Notes: generated by a model from the sequence alone, not told the origin. DNA of 46,921 nt from Trichosphaerium sp. ATCC 40318 (GCA_038496445.1 JALMLS010000603.1:1-46921); one strand, 5' to 3'. Numbered from the stretch's first letter, positions 1 to 13,055 are shown. Program-made: numbers and translations.

Positions 1-1306
1 TGGAGTATTCTTGCTTGATAGAGTCATCGTAAACGATTAAGAAGTTACTTTGTACCGAAACCAAAGGAGGAGCTCACATTATAATCAAGCTATCCAAACT
101 AAGATTGCCATACATGATGGGACTTGGAAATGATACTAATAGCCTCCAAGTGCTTTTTTAGGAACAACTCAGTTGGGCTTGAGCCTTATGCGTTTGTCAA
201 CTCAACTTTAAGACCGAGGCATTAACAGCACTAGAAGTAAGTGATTGTTTTTCTTTGCGGCGACCTATTGCAGTTTACGACTTCAGACTGAAACAAGTAG
301 CGTTTATGGCTGGATTGTATTTCCAGAATTTGCAAGATCCGTCAGATCTTGTAGTTTTTGACAAGAACTAACAAGATCTTGTACGAACTAACAGAACTTG
401 CAAGATTTGTCAGATCTGACTAAACATGAAAACCAAAAGTCACAAACAGCAAAAAGTTGGAAAGATTATATTGTTGGCTATGAACAAGTGTCTTTCGAAT
501 ATTCAAGATGTTCCAAAGGGCTAGAAATTACAGTATAATTATGATAAATTGCAGTAACTGGTCTTTTTATTCATTGTTATCTTGGATGTCATGACATTAA
601 AAGACATCAAGCTATGCTATGATGACGTAAATATGCAGAATGAAATGGCATTTTGGAAATAATTCTCTGTAACCTCCCTGCTAGTTTATGGCACCCACAA
701 TACAGGTAAGGATACATTATGCGATTGCGTACGTACAACAGACTCGGCCTTATTGTCTAGGATTGTGGTACTTTTTTACCGTTCTTGTTATTTTTCATGC
801 TCCGGTTAGGAGCTCCACAGGCACAGCTATTGTGTTAAGTAGGGACCTATTATACACCAGAATTTCATCTGTCCCTGCCCAGTCTGCTCTTTCATTATTA
901 TTGGGCTTTTGAAACTTGTCATAAGTCTCATTCACAGGTACAAAACGCCGTAGACCAGGTAGAGCTTAAGCAGTTGTGGGCTAAGATCTTTTTTACTGTT
1001 TTCTCAGTTTACACTATGCAAGAAGGTCTAAAACCCACTTATCGACATAAAAAAGTGGGCAAGGATGTTTAAGAATAGTTTCAGCTCAACAGGGGAAGGG
1101 AGAACGGGTAGGAATAGTGAAGGGATTTGGCTTTATGCCACATTTAATACTCTATCCAAGTTTCAATAGGCTAGATTGGTTTCTTTTTTATTCCTTGAAT
1201 TATTAGTCATGGACATAAAACATTGTTGGGGTTTAATTACTTTTCTTTGTAGTTTTATTGTTGCTCTTAATCTCAGCTAGACAAAATGTTTAAGTTATTA
1301 TTTGAA

Positions 1307-4300
1307 CTACTTCTCTTTACGCTTATTAATTTGATGTTGCAAAGTTTTGTTGTTTTTTTCTAATTCTAGATTGGCTTGTTTAAGTTCTTCATTTTCTTCC
1401 AACGCTTGTAATAGCTTCTCATGTGTGGTTGGTTGTTGTATTTGGGGCTCATTCAAATAGCTAGAGGCCCATAATTGCCTTTGCACAAAGTAAGTAAAGA
1501 AAGTGATTGATGCACACTTATTTGTACCGCTTAGGGGTAGAGTTGTCGCAATCATCAGAATCAGACAAGTCATCCTCAGATGGTTTTCGCACAACTGTGA
1601 TGATATAACGAGCAACAGTTTGTACATCTAAAATCACAGTTTAGTTAAACAGCGCATCAATTGTAATCACTACCTTGAGCTACAACCAGTTCATCATAAA
1701 CTGCCTTGTCAATTCTATCTTTGTTTAACACTTGGCCTTTCTTGTTTACCAGTACATAATGACTTTGGTATCCTGCTCTAATTGGTTTACCAACAAGGTT
1801 GTTGATTTTGTCTTGAGGGTTTTCTGTAACCTTGATGCTTTGTAAGTAAACAAATCAATAATGTGATTGGTTGCAGTTGTGTACAGGATATATATTTCCA
1901 GGTGTAACCAAACTAAGCACAAGTGTCTTCTTGGCTTTACCAGATGTATCGTATGAACAGGCATACTCAATGCTGTGCTATTTTTCAAAAAACAAGTAAG
2001 ATTGTCAATGGAGACTTTTTAAAAAGCACATACTGTAAAGTAGATTCCTTGACCATAGTATCCAGCATCCAATGAACTTATCACTCCAAATCCAGCTTTT
2101 ACAATACTCCAAGCCGCTTCACGAGTTGTTCCATGAACCATTAATACAACTGGTAGCTGATTATTGGTTAGATATTATATTTAAGAGCAAACTACCTGCT
2201 CTGAATTATTGTTTGAATGTGGGGTATGTTCGCCAACAAGTTTTGAACAACAATCTGCAACCTTTATCTTATTTTCTTTGTGCCTTTTGCTGATTCCCTG
2301 TTTCCAATCATTTTTACAAAACAACCAACGGAGTTCCCTAAATAACAGCTAAGCTTATTTGTAGTCTATTAACATGTAAACATACTGATGTCTGTGTTTA
2401 AGTACTGTATTGTACATGCCAAAGTTTCGAGTCAGCATGTCATTGCAAACAAGATGAGCTTCTACAACATCATATTTATCATAGCCGTGCATCGTTGACA
2501 TTTGTTGGTAAAGAAACTGTAGTTCTCTATTGGCTACAATATCATTTTTATTTGAATCAAGAAGATTCAGTGTTCTGAAGTGCGTTGCTTTTTCAATTGT
2601 GCCCCTTTTTTGTTTGACAAAAACCAGTTAAACATGAGTTAATAAATGAGTAACTACTCACTTGCTGTTGGATCTATCCCAGGTGTGGGCATAATGTAAT
2701 CTTGGATTTAAGTCCCATGACGTCTCACTTTTTAATCCTTCAAGTTTTAGTGTTATTGACTAAAAGTGCTTTTTTACCTGCTGTAGGGTTTTCAACTCTT
2801 TGATTTGGAGATATGGGATTAATGACATGTTTGCAATCCTTGCATTCACAATCAACTGAAGCGTTGGTGTACTTTTTCAGGTTCTACACACATTAACAAG
2901 TAGTAGTACATGGGAAATTACCTGTTTGTGTTTATGTTGAGAAGCACAATAACTGCACAAATATAATCCACGCGTGCCTTCAACACAATCAAGGCATACA
3001 AAAACTTTAAAGAGTTAATATACATTTGCTTAATACACGTACTGTCTTGTTTGGGTCTGTATTTAAGAGAATTTGTACACCATCCTTCATTTATACACAT
3101 TTCAATAACAGAGTCAGTTTGTGTAGTACTACTCCACATATCATCTGGTAAGTCAGACAGAATTCCTTCCATCAGCTCTCCTTGCTGTAACCAAAAGCTC
3201 TAAACAAAACAAAAACAAGTTAATGTATGCTTGTATTTTGTGTGTTTGTACCGAAGACTGTACAAACATGGGATTGTATGTGCAAATCAAATGGCAAATG
3301 CCTTTTTGCATTGCAACATTAAAACTAGAATGGGTTGGCTTTGTATTGTATTAGTATGAATGTTTGAGTTGAGAATTTACCAAGTACTGCAGCCATTTTG
3401 CAAGATTGACTCGCCAGTGCGGTATCTCTTTCATGTGTGCGCAAGATAACCATAGTTTGCGGCTTTGATGATCGTTTGGAAACTGTGTCAAAAGAGTTTC
3501 AAACACACTGATGAATGCAGTATCATTGTCAACCACCTGTTTAAGTATCTGTTTGAAAACTGTTTGCCATTTGGATGTGCTTATTGAAATGACTTTAGTT
3601 TGTTTCAATAAAGTCAGCAAAACTGGGTTGTGTCCGGATAATGCTAGGCTAAAATCAGCTTATATTCAAAAAAGCTAAATTACCTGCAAGATGTAATGCT
3701 GTCAATCCATTTTTATCTGTGGCTCTAATGTTAGCTCCAGCGTTAATTAAAACACTAGCAGCTATGTCACGGCCCGTAATGGCTAATAGGTGTTAAAATT
3801 GTTGTACACGCTCACAATATCACCTGCAACTAGTAAAGCAGTACAACCATCTTTATCTTTAGCTTCAATGTTGGCACTGTTCTTAGTTAACACTTTAACA
3901 ACTTCAGTGTGCCCGTTATACACTAAACAAAGTAGTAACATTAGGTGTTAGTAATTTAGGTACCTGCACAGTGCAAGGCCGTTTGCAATCGGATGTTTAC
4001 AGCTTCAACGTTGGTAATATATTTAATTAAGACATCGACAACTTCACTGTTTCCTTCAAAGGCTACAAATTTTGTGAATTAAAGTCACCACTTAGTTAGA
4101 AGTTTAGGATACCTGCTGTATGTAAAGCTGTGTTTTCATCTTTATCTGTAGTGTGAATGTTCGCGCTTGCCTTGATTAATGTTTCAACAACTTCACTGTG
4201 CCCATTTTGAGCTAATTTAAGACTTAAACTCAAAAATTGAAATGCGACAATACCTGCGCAATGAATCGGTTTGTGTCCATGGATATTCGACGCTTGTATG

Positions 4301-5356
4301 TTTGCCTTTGCTTTTAGTAGCAATTGTACAATATTGTCGTGGCCATGCAACGCTGGTATAGGATGTCAGCGTACGTTTTATAATGATTATTAGTAAACTA
4401 ATATACCTGCATCATGTAGGGGTGTGGATCCATTATTTTCTGTAGCATCTACATCTACACCTGCGTTGAGTACCATTTCCACAATTTCACTTTGTCCACT
4501 ACGAGCTTGGAATCAAGTTAATCCATAACACCCTGTATCACTTAGTTACCTGCATTGTGTAAAGTAGTATGTCCCTTTCCTACTTTTTCAGTACTTACTA
4601 TCGCCTGGCATAACATCTCAGCAACTTTTGTGTGTCCTTTATTGGCTAAGATATGAAGTGTCAATTAGTTGTAGTACTTACTAGTTTACAATTACCTGCG
4701 CAAACAAGAGGTGTGCGTCCTTGGTCATCTGTCGCTTCAAAATCCGCTGTTGAATTGAGCAATATTTGAACTACTTCAATATGTCCTTCATTTGCTAAGA
4801 CGCGTAAATTGGAGTCACTATTTAATTTAACACACCTGCAAGATGTAAAGGTGTGCACCCGTCTTTATCTCTGGATTCAATGCTTGCGCCTGAGTTGATT
4901 AATATTTGAACTATATTGAAGTTTCCCTCTGTGGCTTTATAATTCTAGTGAGTGCGTTTGGTGATGCGCAAATCCGAGGTACCTGCTACGTGTAAAACTG
5001 TGCGTCCGTCATAAGGGGAAGCTTCAATGTTTAACCCCTGGTATATGCACATTATCACAGTACTAGGCAGGCCAAGAAGTACTATATTTATTGGTTACAA
5101 GCAAGATTTAGGCACCGAACCTGAATAGAACAGAATATCATTGGCTATCGCTTGATTACGGATACTGTTCCTTAGGTCATCAACTAGTAAACATTAAACA
5201 AAGATATTAACTCAGAATAGGCTACGTACCTGTTGTAATGTTACTGAAAACTAATTGAAGCTTTGCCAATTCGGCTGTGAAGAAATATTTAATAACCGCA
5301 AGTGTTAATATATATAATGTTAGTGCCATACCTTCAATCGCCAGCTGTTCTGCCAT
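1307..5356 (-). CDS. Multi-exon ankyrin-repeat + PARP-like ADP-ribosyltransferase protein (paralog A); 3' end approximate
   Basis: ATG at 5356 (MAEQLAIE|gt). About 10 ankyrin exons of 96-99 nt lie between 3684 and 5081 (e.g. QNGHSEVVETLIKASANIHTTDKDENTALHTA). The spliced C-terminal region reads LPVVLMVHGTTREAAWSIVKAGFGVISSLDAGYYGQGIYFT...HSIEYA...YQSHYV...YDELVV, with His codon at 2133-2135 and Glu codon at 1690-1692, followed by an acidic/coiled-coil tail. Confidence 0.85.
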
Positions 5357-6419
5357 GAAACGTTGATTTATGGTAAAATGGAGTTAAGTTTTGCCTACAG
5401 TTCATCTAATTATTTGTGTTCCGGCTCGGTGTACATTGTTTGCGTTCAACATAGCTCCCCGGCTCAGATACACATTGCCGCACAATATTGCTAAGGTTTA
5501 GTTTGAAACAGAATAAATGGCTTCAAAAATCGTCCTAACATGAGTAGAGCGTTTAACCTACGCGGGAAAAGGCATGAGGTACAACCTATGAGGTTCTTTC
5601 TTTCGTTTTTTTTTTGAGGTATATTCAACAGAGCTCCTATCATGTAATTGAGTGAAAACCGCGGTTGTAGGCAGTTTTGTTTCTTTTGAAATTTTACTAC
5701 AAACGAAAAAAAAAAGTACTAGTACGCATGCAGTGCTTCACAAACACAGCCAATACCTGTTGTACTCCCTGATCGATGGTATAGCGCCAGAGGTCTACTT
5801 TTACAAGTCGTTTTTAATTTTTCAAAACGCACGTGCGTTTAGCAAATCTTGAGCGGAGAAATTATTTTTATTTGCGTTTTATACGCACATATACATGTCG
5901 CATTGGTGTGCAAAGAATCAGGTCAAAAATCGACTTTTCAAGCCAGATATTGTGACTTCTTTCTGGGTTTTTTGAGCCAAAAACGAGGAATATTTACAAA
6001 TCTTGTGTCAGTTTCAAAATACAAAACACGTGTATTGACATGTAGATCTGTTGTGGAAAAAATCAGAACCGAACTTGAATGTGTTTGCCATAAATGGTAC
6101 CTTTCTTGTTTTTTTCTGTATTTTCGCTGTGAAAATTGTTGTGTCATTGTCAGGATGTTATGGATTTATTTGAGCACTGACCATTCAATAATACCAACGG
6201 TAACAAGAGTATGTACATGCTGATATCTCAACCTTTTAGTTGTTATGGTGGCCGTTACAAGTTCATCGCTGCAGTAATTTATGCACTTAGAATATGTTCC
6301 TTTGAACTTTGTTCATGTTTGCATAGCTCTTCTCCAGTTTATCAACCTTATTATTTGCTTCTTGTAACTCTACTTCAAAACCTTGTTACATTAAGACTCT
6401 TGTCTAGTCACCAGGGATA

Positions 6420-6686
6420 TTTATTGTCCATGAAATCAGCTTACAGTAATGTAAGGCTGGTTTTTGGAATTGTCAGTTTGTTGGATGCTGGTTACCTTTG
6501 GTCAGGGATATACTTTGTACACTACAAAAAGTACACAGTGTGCTCTCCTTTATCTGTTATTTCCTCGCAATCATTGAGATTGAGTTTATGTACACCTTTG
6601 AACATGAGGGCTACAGATGGGAACGTGTTTGTACTTCCTGATATGGTCAAAACCTGGAAGGTGTCCAATGAGAGGTGGCTATGAGT
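6420..6686 (+). pseudogene. Degenerate fragment of the same ART catalytic domain, opposite orientation
   Basis: Sequence gtaaggctggtttttggaattgtcagtttgttggatgctggttacctttggtcagggatatactttgta translates, with frameshifts, as KAG-FGIVSLLDAGY-FGQGIYFV, matching KAGFGVISSLDAGYYGQGIYFT of the flanking genes. Downstream GNVF and MRGGYE match GNIY and IRAGYQ. Confidence 0.7.
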
Positions 6687-7279
6687 GAGAAAAAGATAAC
6701 TAAAGTGAATTGTTTGTGGGCGACATGCATCAAGGTATGCTGATCTTTACAATAGTGGAGGAGATGTCGGAAGTGTGGAGTGCAAGAGAATACCAAGGAT
6801 AACTTTGCATATCTCGTCTCAGGGATGGAAATCATGGAAGGGATGGTGGCTAGAGTGGCTAGGGTGCTTGGAGCATACCAAGGAGGCTCAATCTCAACTA
6901 CGATACTGAACAAATATGTAAGTAAGGAACAGATTTTATGCCGGGTGGCTTTCCATGATTAGGAGGTTTTCTGTAACTTTTCTAAGCCATTTTTCTTTTA
7001 ATTTTTACACCTGTGGTCCTAGTGACCGTGTCGGGTGTTTGGCGACTTTTACACTGGCCTTATCTGTGCCCTACAAGTCAACACCAGACAATAAACAAAC
7101 AAACAAAGTTGGTTGGCAATACAAGCATTTTGGTAAAAACACTGTATAATAAGGTAGTTTCTAAAACACTAGAAAGCAAGATAGAAGTGTTTATGTGTTA
7201 ATATAGAGTTTCGTTGTAACAGCAATAAATACAAGACTTTCTGAGGCTTGTTGCGCGAGTGTGTTGACAATTTAGTTAC

Positions 7280-10200
7280 TTTAATTGCTGGTTTAGTCTA
7301 GTATTGATTTCCAAAAGTCTCATGTGAACTTGTTTTAGTCTTTTGTTTTCTGCCAACACTTGTAATAGCTTTTCTTCTATGGTTGGTTGCTGTACTTGGG
7401 GCTCATTCAAATAGCTAGAGGCCCATAATTGCCTTTGCACAAGTAAGTAAAGAAAGTGATTGATGCAGTCTTATTTGTACCGCTTAGAGGTAAAGTTGTC
7501 GCAATCATCAGAATCAGACAAGTCATCAGAACCAGATTCACCAATACCCTCTGATGTTGCAGATGATTGTATCTTGCTTTTCTTGGATGGTTTCTTTGTT
7601 TTTTTCTTTTGTTGTTTTGGTTTTTGCACAACTGTGATGATATAACGAGCAACAGTTTGTACATCTAAAATCACAGTTTAGTTAAACAGCGCATCAATTG
7701 TAATCACTACCTTGAGCTACAACCAGTTCATCATAAACTGCCTTGTCAATTCTATCTTTGTTTAACACTTGGCCTTTCTTGTTTACCAATACATAATGAC
7801 TTTGGTATCCTGCTCTAATTGGTTTACCAACAAGGTTGTTGGCTTTGTCTTGAGGGTTTTCTGTAACCTGTAGATGCTTTGTAAGTAAACAAATCAAAAT
7901 GTGATTGGTTGCAGTTGTGTACAGGATATACATTTCCAGGTGTAACCAAACTAAGCACGAGTGTCTTCTTGGCTTTACCAGATGTATCGTATGAACAGGC
8001 ATACTCAATGCTGTGCTATTTTTCAAAAAACAAGTAAGATTGTCAATAGTGACTTTTTAAAAAGCACATACTGTAAAGTAGATTCCTTGACCATAGTATC
8101 CAGCATCCAATGAACTTATCACTCCAAATCCAGCTTTTACAATACTCCAAGCGGCTTCAAGAGTTGTTCCATGAACCATTAATACAACTGGTAGCTATTT
8201 ATCGGGTCAAAAATGCACTTGTATAAAATGTACCTGATCAGAAACGTCATGGGTACAGGCGCTGGAGTTCGCTATGAGATTTACAGCATGTTTGTAAACT
8301 CTTTTTTTGTGATCATTGTGGTCTGGATCATTTTTGTTCCATGTGTGTGGTAGGTCTCTAATTAAAAGAGCTCTGTTATGAATTCACTTGTAGTAATAAT
8401 ATTACAAAACATAAAAACGTACTGGTGTCTTTGCTTCAGCATGATATTGTATGTGCCAAAGTTGTCGGTCAATATATCATTGCAAACAAGATAAGCTTCT
8501 ACAACATCATATTTATCATAGCCGTGCATTGTTGACATTTGTTGGTAAAGAAACTGTAGTTCTCTCTTGGCTACAATATCATTTTTATTTGAATCAAGAA
8601 GATTCAGTGTTCTGAAGTGCGTTGCTTTTTCAATTGTGCCCCTTTTTTGTTTGACAAAAACCAGTTAAACATGAGTTAATAAATGAGTAAACTACTCACT
8701 TGCTGTTAGATCTATCCCAGGTGTGGGCATAATGTAATCTTGGATTTAAGTCCCATGATGTCTCGCTTTTTAATCCTAACAGTGTTATTGTCAAGTATTG
8801 AAATATATCAGTGTTTTTTACCTACTGTGGAGGGTTTACCTCCATGATTTGGCGAGAAGGTATTAATGACCATGTGATTGCAAGCCCTGCATTCACATTT
8901 TTTGAAACTACCAATGTGCTTAGAGAGCTTCTACTCAAAGTGTAAGCAAATATAAATATAAAACAAATACGTGGGTTTGATTATGTTGCGTAGCACAATA
9001 ACTGCACAAATACAATCCATATTGAGAACAATCATAGCAAGCAAACACTGTATAATGTTAATAAAAGAAATATCACTAAACACATACTATCTTGCTTGGG
9101 TACTTTTTGAAGAGAATTTGTACACCATCCTTCATTTATACACATTTCAATAACAGAGTCAGTTTGTGTAGTACTACTCCACATATCATCTGGTAAGTCG
9201 GACAGAATTCCTTCCATCAGCTCTCCTTGCTGTAACCAAAAGCTCTAAACAAAACAAAAATAAGTTAATGTGCTTGTATTTTGTGTGTTTGTACCGAAGA
9301 CTGTACAAACATGGGATTGTATGTGCAAATCAAATGGCAAATGCCTTTTTGCATTGCAACTTTAAAATATGAACGTGTTGGCTTTGTGTGTAATTAGTGC
9401 TTAATTGTTGGTAAAAAAAGGGGACATGCCAAGTATTGCAACCATTTTGCAAGATTGAGTCGCCAGTGTGGCATCTCTTTCATGTATGCACTTGATGACC
9501 ATAGTTCACGACTGTATTGGTCATTTGGAAACAGTGTCAAAAGAGTTTCAAACACATTAATGAATGCAGGATCATCATCAACCACCTGTTTTAGTATCTG
9601 TTTTAAAGCTGTTTTCCATTTTATAGTTATTAATGAAATGCCTCTACTATGTTTCAATAAAGTCAAACAAACTGGGTTGTGTCCAGATACTGCTAATATG
9701 AAGTTAATGGCTTAAAATAAAGTATATATACTGTGAGAATCAGATGTTGTTATGGTTAAACACTATCATACCTGCAACAATTAAAGCAGTACGTCCATCG
9801 TTTTGTTTGGATTCAATGTTGGCTCCTGATTCAAGTAATACTTTTACCACATTATCATGTCCATTAAAGGCTACCAATTAAAGAGTATGTGAGAATCAGA
9901 TGTTGTTATGTTTAAACACTATCATACCTGCAACAATTAAAGCAGTACGTCCATCATCTAGTTTGGTTTCAGTGTTGGCTCCTGATTGAAGTAATACTTT
10001 TACCACATTATCATGTCCTTTAATGGCTAATTAAAGTGTATGTGAGTAATAGATGTTGTTATGGTTAAACATTATCATACCTGCAACAATTAAAGCAGTA
10101 CGTCCATCATCTCGTTTGGCTTCAATGTTGGCTCCTGATTCAAGTAATACTTTTACCACATTATCATGTCCTTTAATAGCTAACAATTTAAGTGTATGTG

Positions 10201-11850
10201 ATGTTGACTATCATACCTGCAACAAATAAAGCAGTACGTCCATTTTTTTGTCTGGATTCAATATTGGCTCCTGATTGAAGTAATACTTTTACCACATTAT
10301 CATGTCCATTAATGGCTAATTAAAGTGTATGTGAGAATCAGATGTTGTTATGGTTAAACACTATCATACCTGCAACAATCAAAGCAGTACTTCCATCATC
10401 TCGTTTGGCTTCAATGTTGGCTCCTGATTCAAGTAATACTTTTACCACATTATCATGTCCAAAATACGCTACCAATTAAAGTGTATGTGAGTATCAGATG
10501 TTGTTATATTTAAATACTATCATACCTGCAACAATTAAAGCAGTATTTCCATCTTTTTCTTTGGCTTCAATGTTGGCTCCTGATTCAAGTAATACTTTTA
10601 TCACATTATCATGTCCATTAAAGGCTAACAATTAAAGTGTACGTGAGAATCAGATGTTGTTATGTTTAAATATTATCATACCTGCAACAATCAAAGCAGT
10701 ACTTCCATCATCTCGTTTGGCTTTAATGTTGGCTCCTGATTCAAGTAATACTTTTACCACATTATCATGTCCTTTAATGGCTAATTAAAGTGTATGTGAG
10801 AGTCAGATGTTGTTATGGTTAAACACTATCATACCTGCGCCAATCAAAGCAGTATGTCCATTTTTTTGTTTGGCTTCAATGTTGGCTCCTGATTCAAGTA
10901 ATACTTTTACCACATTATCATGTCCTTCAAAGGCTAACAATTAAAGTATGTGAGTAATAGATGTTGTTATGGTTAAACACTATCATACTTGCAACAATTA
11001 AAGCAGTACGTCTATCATCTAGTTTGGCTTCAATGTTGGCTCCTGATTCAAGTAATACTTTTATCACATTATCATGTCCATTAAAGGCTAACAATTAAAG
11101 TGTACGTGAGAATCAGATGTTGTTATGTTTAAACACTATCATACCTGCAACAATCAAAGCAGTACGTCCATTGTCTAGTTTGGCTTCAATGTTGGCTCCT
11201 GATTCAAGTAATACTTTTACCACATTATCATGCCCATTAAAGGCTAACAATTAAAGTGTATGTGAGAATCAGATGTTGTTATGTTTAAACTATCATACCT
11301 GCAACAATTAAAGCAGTACATCCATAGTTTTGTTTGGCTTCAATGTTGGCTCCTGATTCAAGTAATACTTTTATCACATTATCATGTCCTTCAATGGCTA
11401 ACAATTAAAGTGTATGTGAGTAACAGATGTTGTTATGTTTAAACTATCATACCTGCAACAATTAAAGCAGTACATCCATTGTCTTTTTTGGCTTCAATGT
11501 TCAACCTGGCTTGTGTGCATAACATTACAATAACACGGAGATTGTTGTGAGCTACATATTGGGTTGAAACTTAACTGTTGGTAACTACAAACCTGAATAG
11601 AATAGAATGTCCGTTGCTGTCTCAAGAGAATGTAGTTTTTGTTTCAGCACATCACCTAAAAGAGCAGCGTTTTAAAAAAAGAGAATATGTTTAACCAAGG
11701 GAGGTACATGTTGTAATATCGGGGTATTTGCTATGGAGCTGTGCCAATTCGGCTATTGAACAATTTTTAATAAACGTAGAGGCAGATCAAACATTCGTTT
11801 CTATTACCTTTTAATTCTGATGATTCTTTGATGCTCTGTGGCTCTGCCAT
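7280..11850 (-). CDS. Multi-exon ankyrin-repeat + PARP-like ADP-ribosyltransferase protein (paralog B); 3' end approximate
   Basis: ATG at 11850 (MAEPQSIKESSELK|gt). Twelve 99-nt ankyrin exons lie at 9772-11551, followed by a helical middle region (ORFs 9394-9666, 9032-9217). The ART domain has HGT (His 8171-8173), YGQGIYFT and DELVV (Glu 7727-7729), followed by a Lys-rich/acidic tail (ORF 7471-7674). Confidence 0.87.
9732..11551 (-). repeat. Tandem exon+intron array: 11 near-identical units of ~153-156 bp (one 136 bp) plus a divergent N-terminal repeat exon
   Basis: Exons at 9772-9870, 9928-10026, 10081-10179, 10217-10315, 10370-10468, 10526-10624, 10682-10780, 10835-10933, 10989-11087, 11145-11243, 11299-11397 and 11453-11551. 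Each is 99 nt, phase 1-1 and flanked by AG/GTATG, and the introns are also near-identical. Confidence 0.97.
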
Positions 11851-12956
11851 GAAGCGTTGTAACCAGTGTTGATTGAATGGTAAAATGGTTTTAAGTTTCG
11901 TCGGCGGTTCATATAATTACTTGTGTTCCGGCGTTCATATACAAAGCGTTCTCCCACACGTACGATGAGAAGGTACGGAGATAATACATTATGGCGCAAT
12001 ACAACGTGCAAACGCAAAAATACGGTTCGTATGCTTAAAATTATGCGCCACTTGTAGTTTTTGGCGTTTGATTTGCCGTTCCCTTTTTAATACTACAACT
12101 ACTGCCAAAACTGAGTGTACATGGTCTACGTCGCGTATAGTATATAAAGAGGGTTAAATCACTGGTTTACCATCAGATTCCACGGGCAACGCAGCGTTAC
12201 GATAATGTCATTATCATAACGAGAACCAATAACGCGCAGCGAATTCGTTGAGCAGGTTTATGCTCTATCTCGCCACGCTACAAGATATCATTTACTTTTT
12301 TTTTTGAAGATCACGTGGCAAGATGGGTTCTTGCTCGCTGTATTTTTTCACATTCGTATCTTCCGACGCTTTTATCACGTATCGTAGCAATTAAAATATA
12401 GCGTAATGGAGCAAAAGATTAACAAACATAACGTAAGAAACAGCAACACGCCAGTAAGCGCTATCTACACGCTAATTACAGTGCAAATAGCCTACTGGTT
12501 ACATTGCAGGCTTAAAAAGCAAACCAAGCGATTTTAGTTTTCATGCCTGTATTGTCAGTACTGGTCTTAGAGAATTTTTCGCTAAGCAGTTGAATGTGCT
12601 GCGGTGTAAGCACTGCATGCTTTGAATCTACACAGTAAGTATGAGAGCCTAATATAAACCTGTAGCCGTGAGAAAAAATAAATACGTTTTACTGTTTTTA
12701 TGGTATGACGTTATTGTAAAATGTGAAAATCTTCTAGCTAGGTTATTTTTGTTCATCATTTATACCTTGAAAGTGTATAAAGAGTAGTAGTGCATCGAAC
12801 CTGAGTGTGCACACTAAAACGTTAGTCGTGGCTCCGCAAAAAACGTCAAGTTCAGCTTATTGATCTTGATTAGCGATATAAAACCGAGTGAACCGCTTTT
12901 CGTTTGTTGTAGTGCACTTTTTCCAAAAATGTTTACAGTTTTTTTCCTCTTTCTAA

Positions 12957-13055
12957 CTTATGCAACATCCCAAACAGCCAAAAATGATGTATTGTATTCA
13001 ACATGCGCGTGTAGTATGTATGCATCATTTTTGGCTGTTTGGGATGTTGCATAAG
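12957..13055. repeat. Perfect 33-bp inverted repeat with a 33-nt spacer (foldback hairpin)
   Basis: CTTATGCAACATCCCAAACAGCCAAAAATGATG at 12957-12989 and its exact reverse complement at 13023-13055. Confidence 0.95.

Noticed and set aside
458-532. Similarity to 20155-20225
   Set aside because: Real but short and degenerate; probably a fragment of another old repeat, with nothing further supportable.
9732-11551. CRISPR-like or satellite interpretation of the ~154-bp array
   Set aside because: Units are spliceable 99-nt ankyrin exons plus introns; there are no unique spacers and no cas genes.
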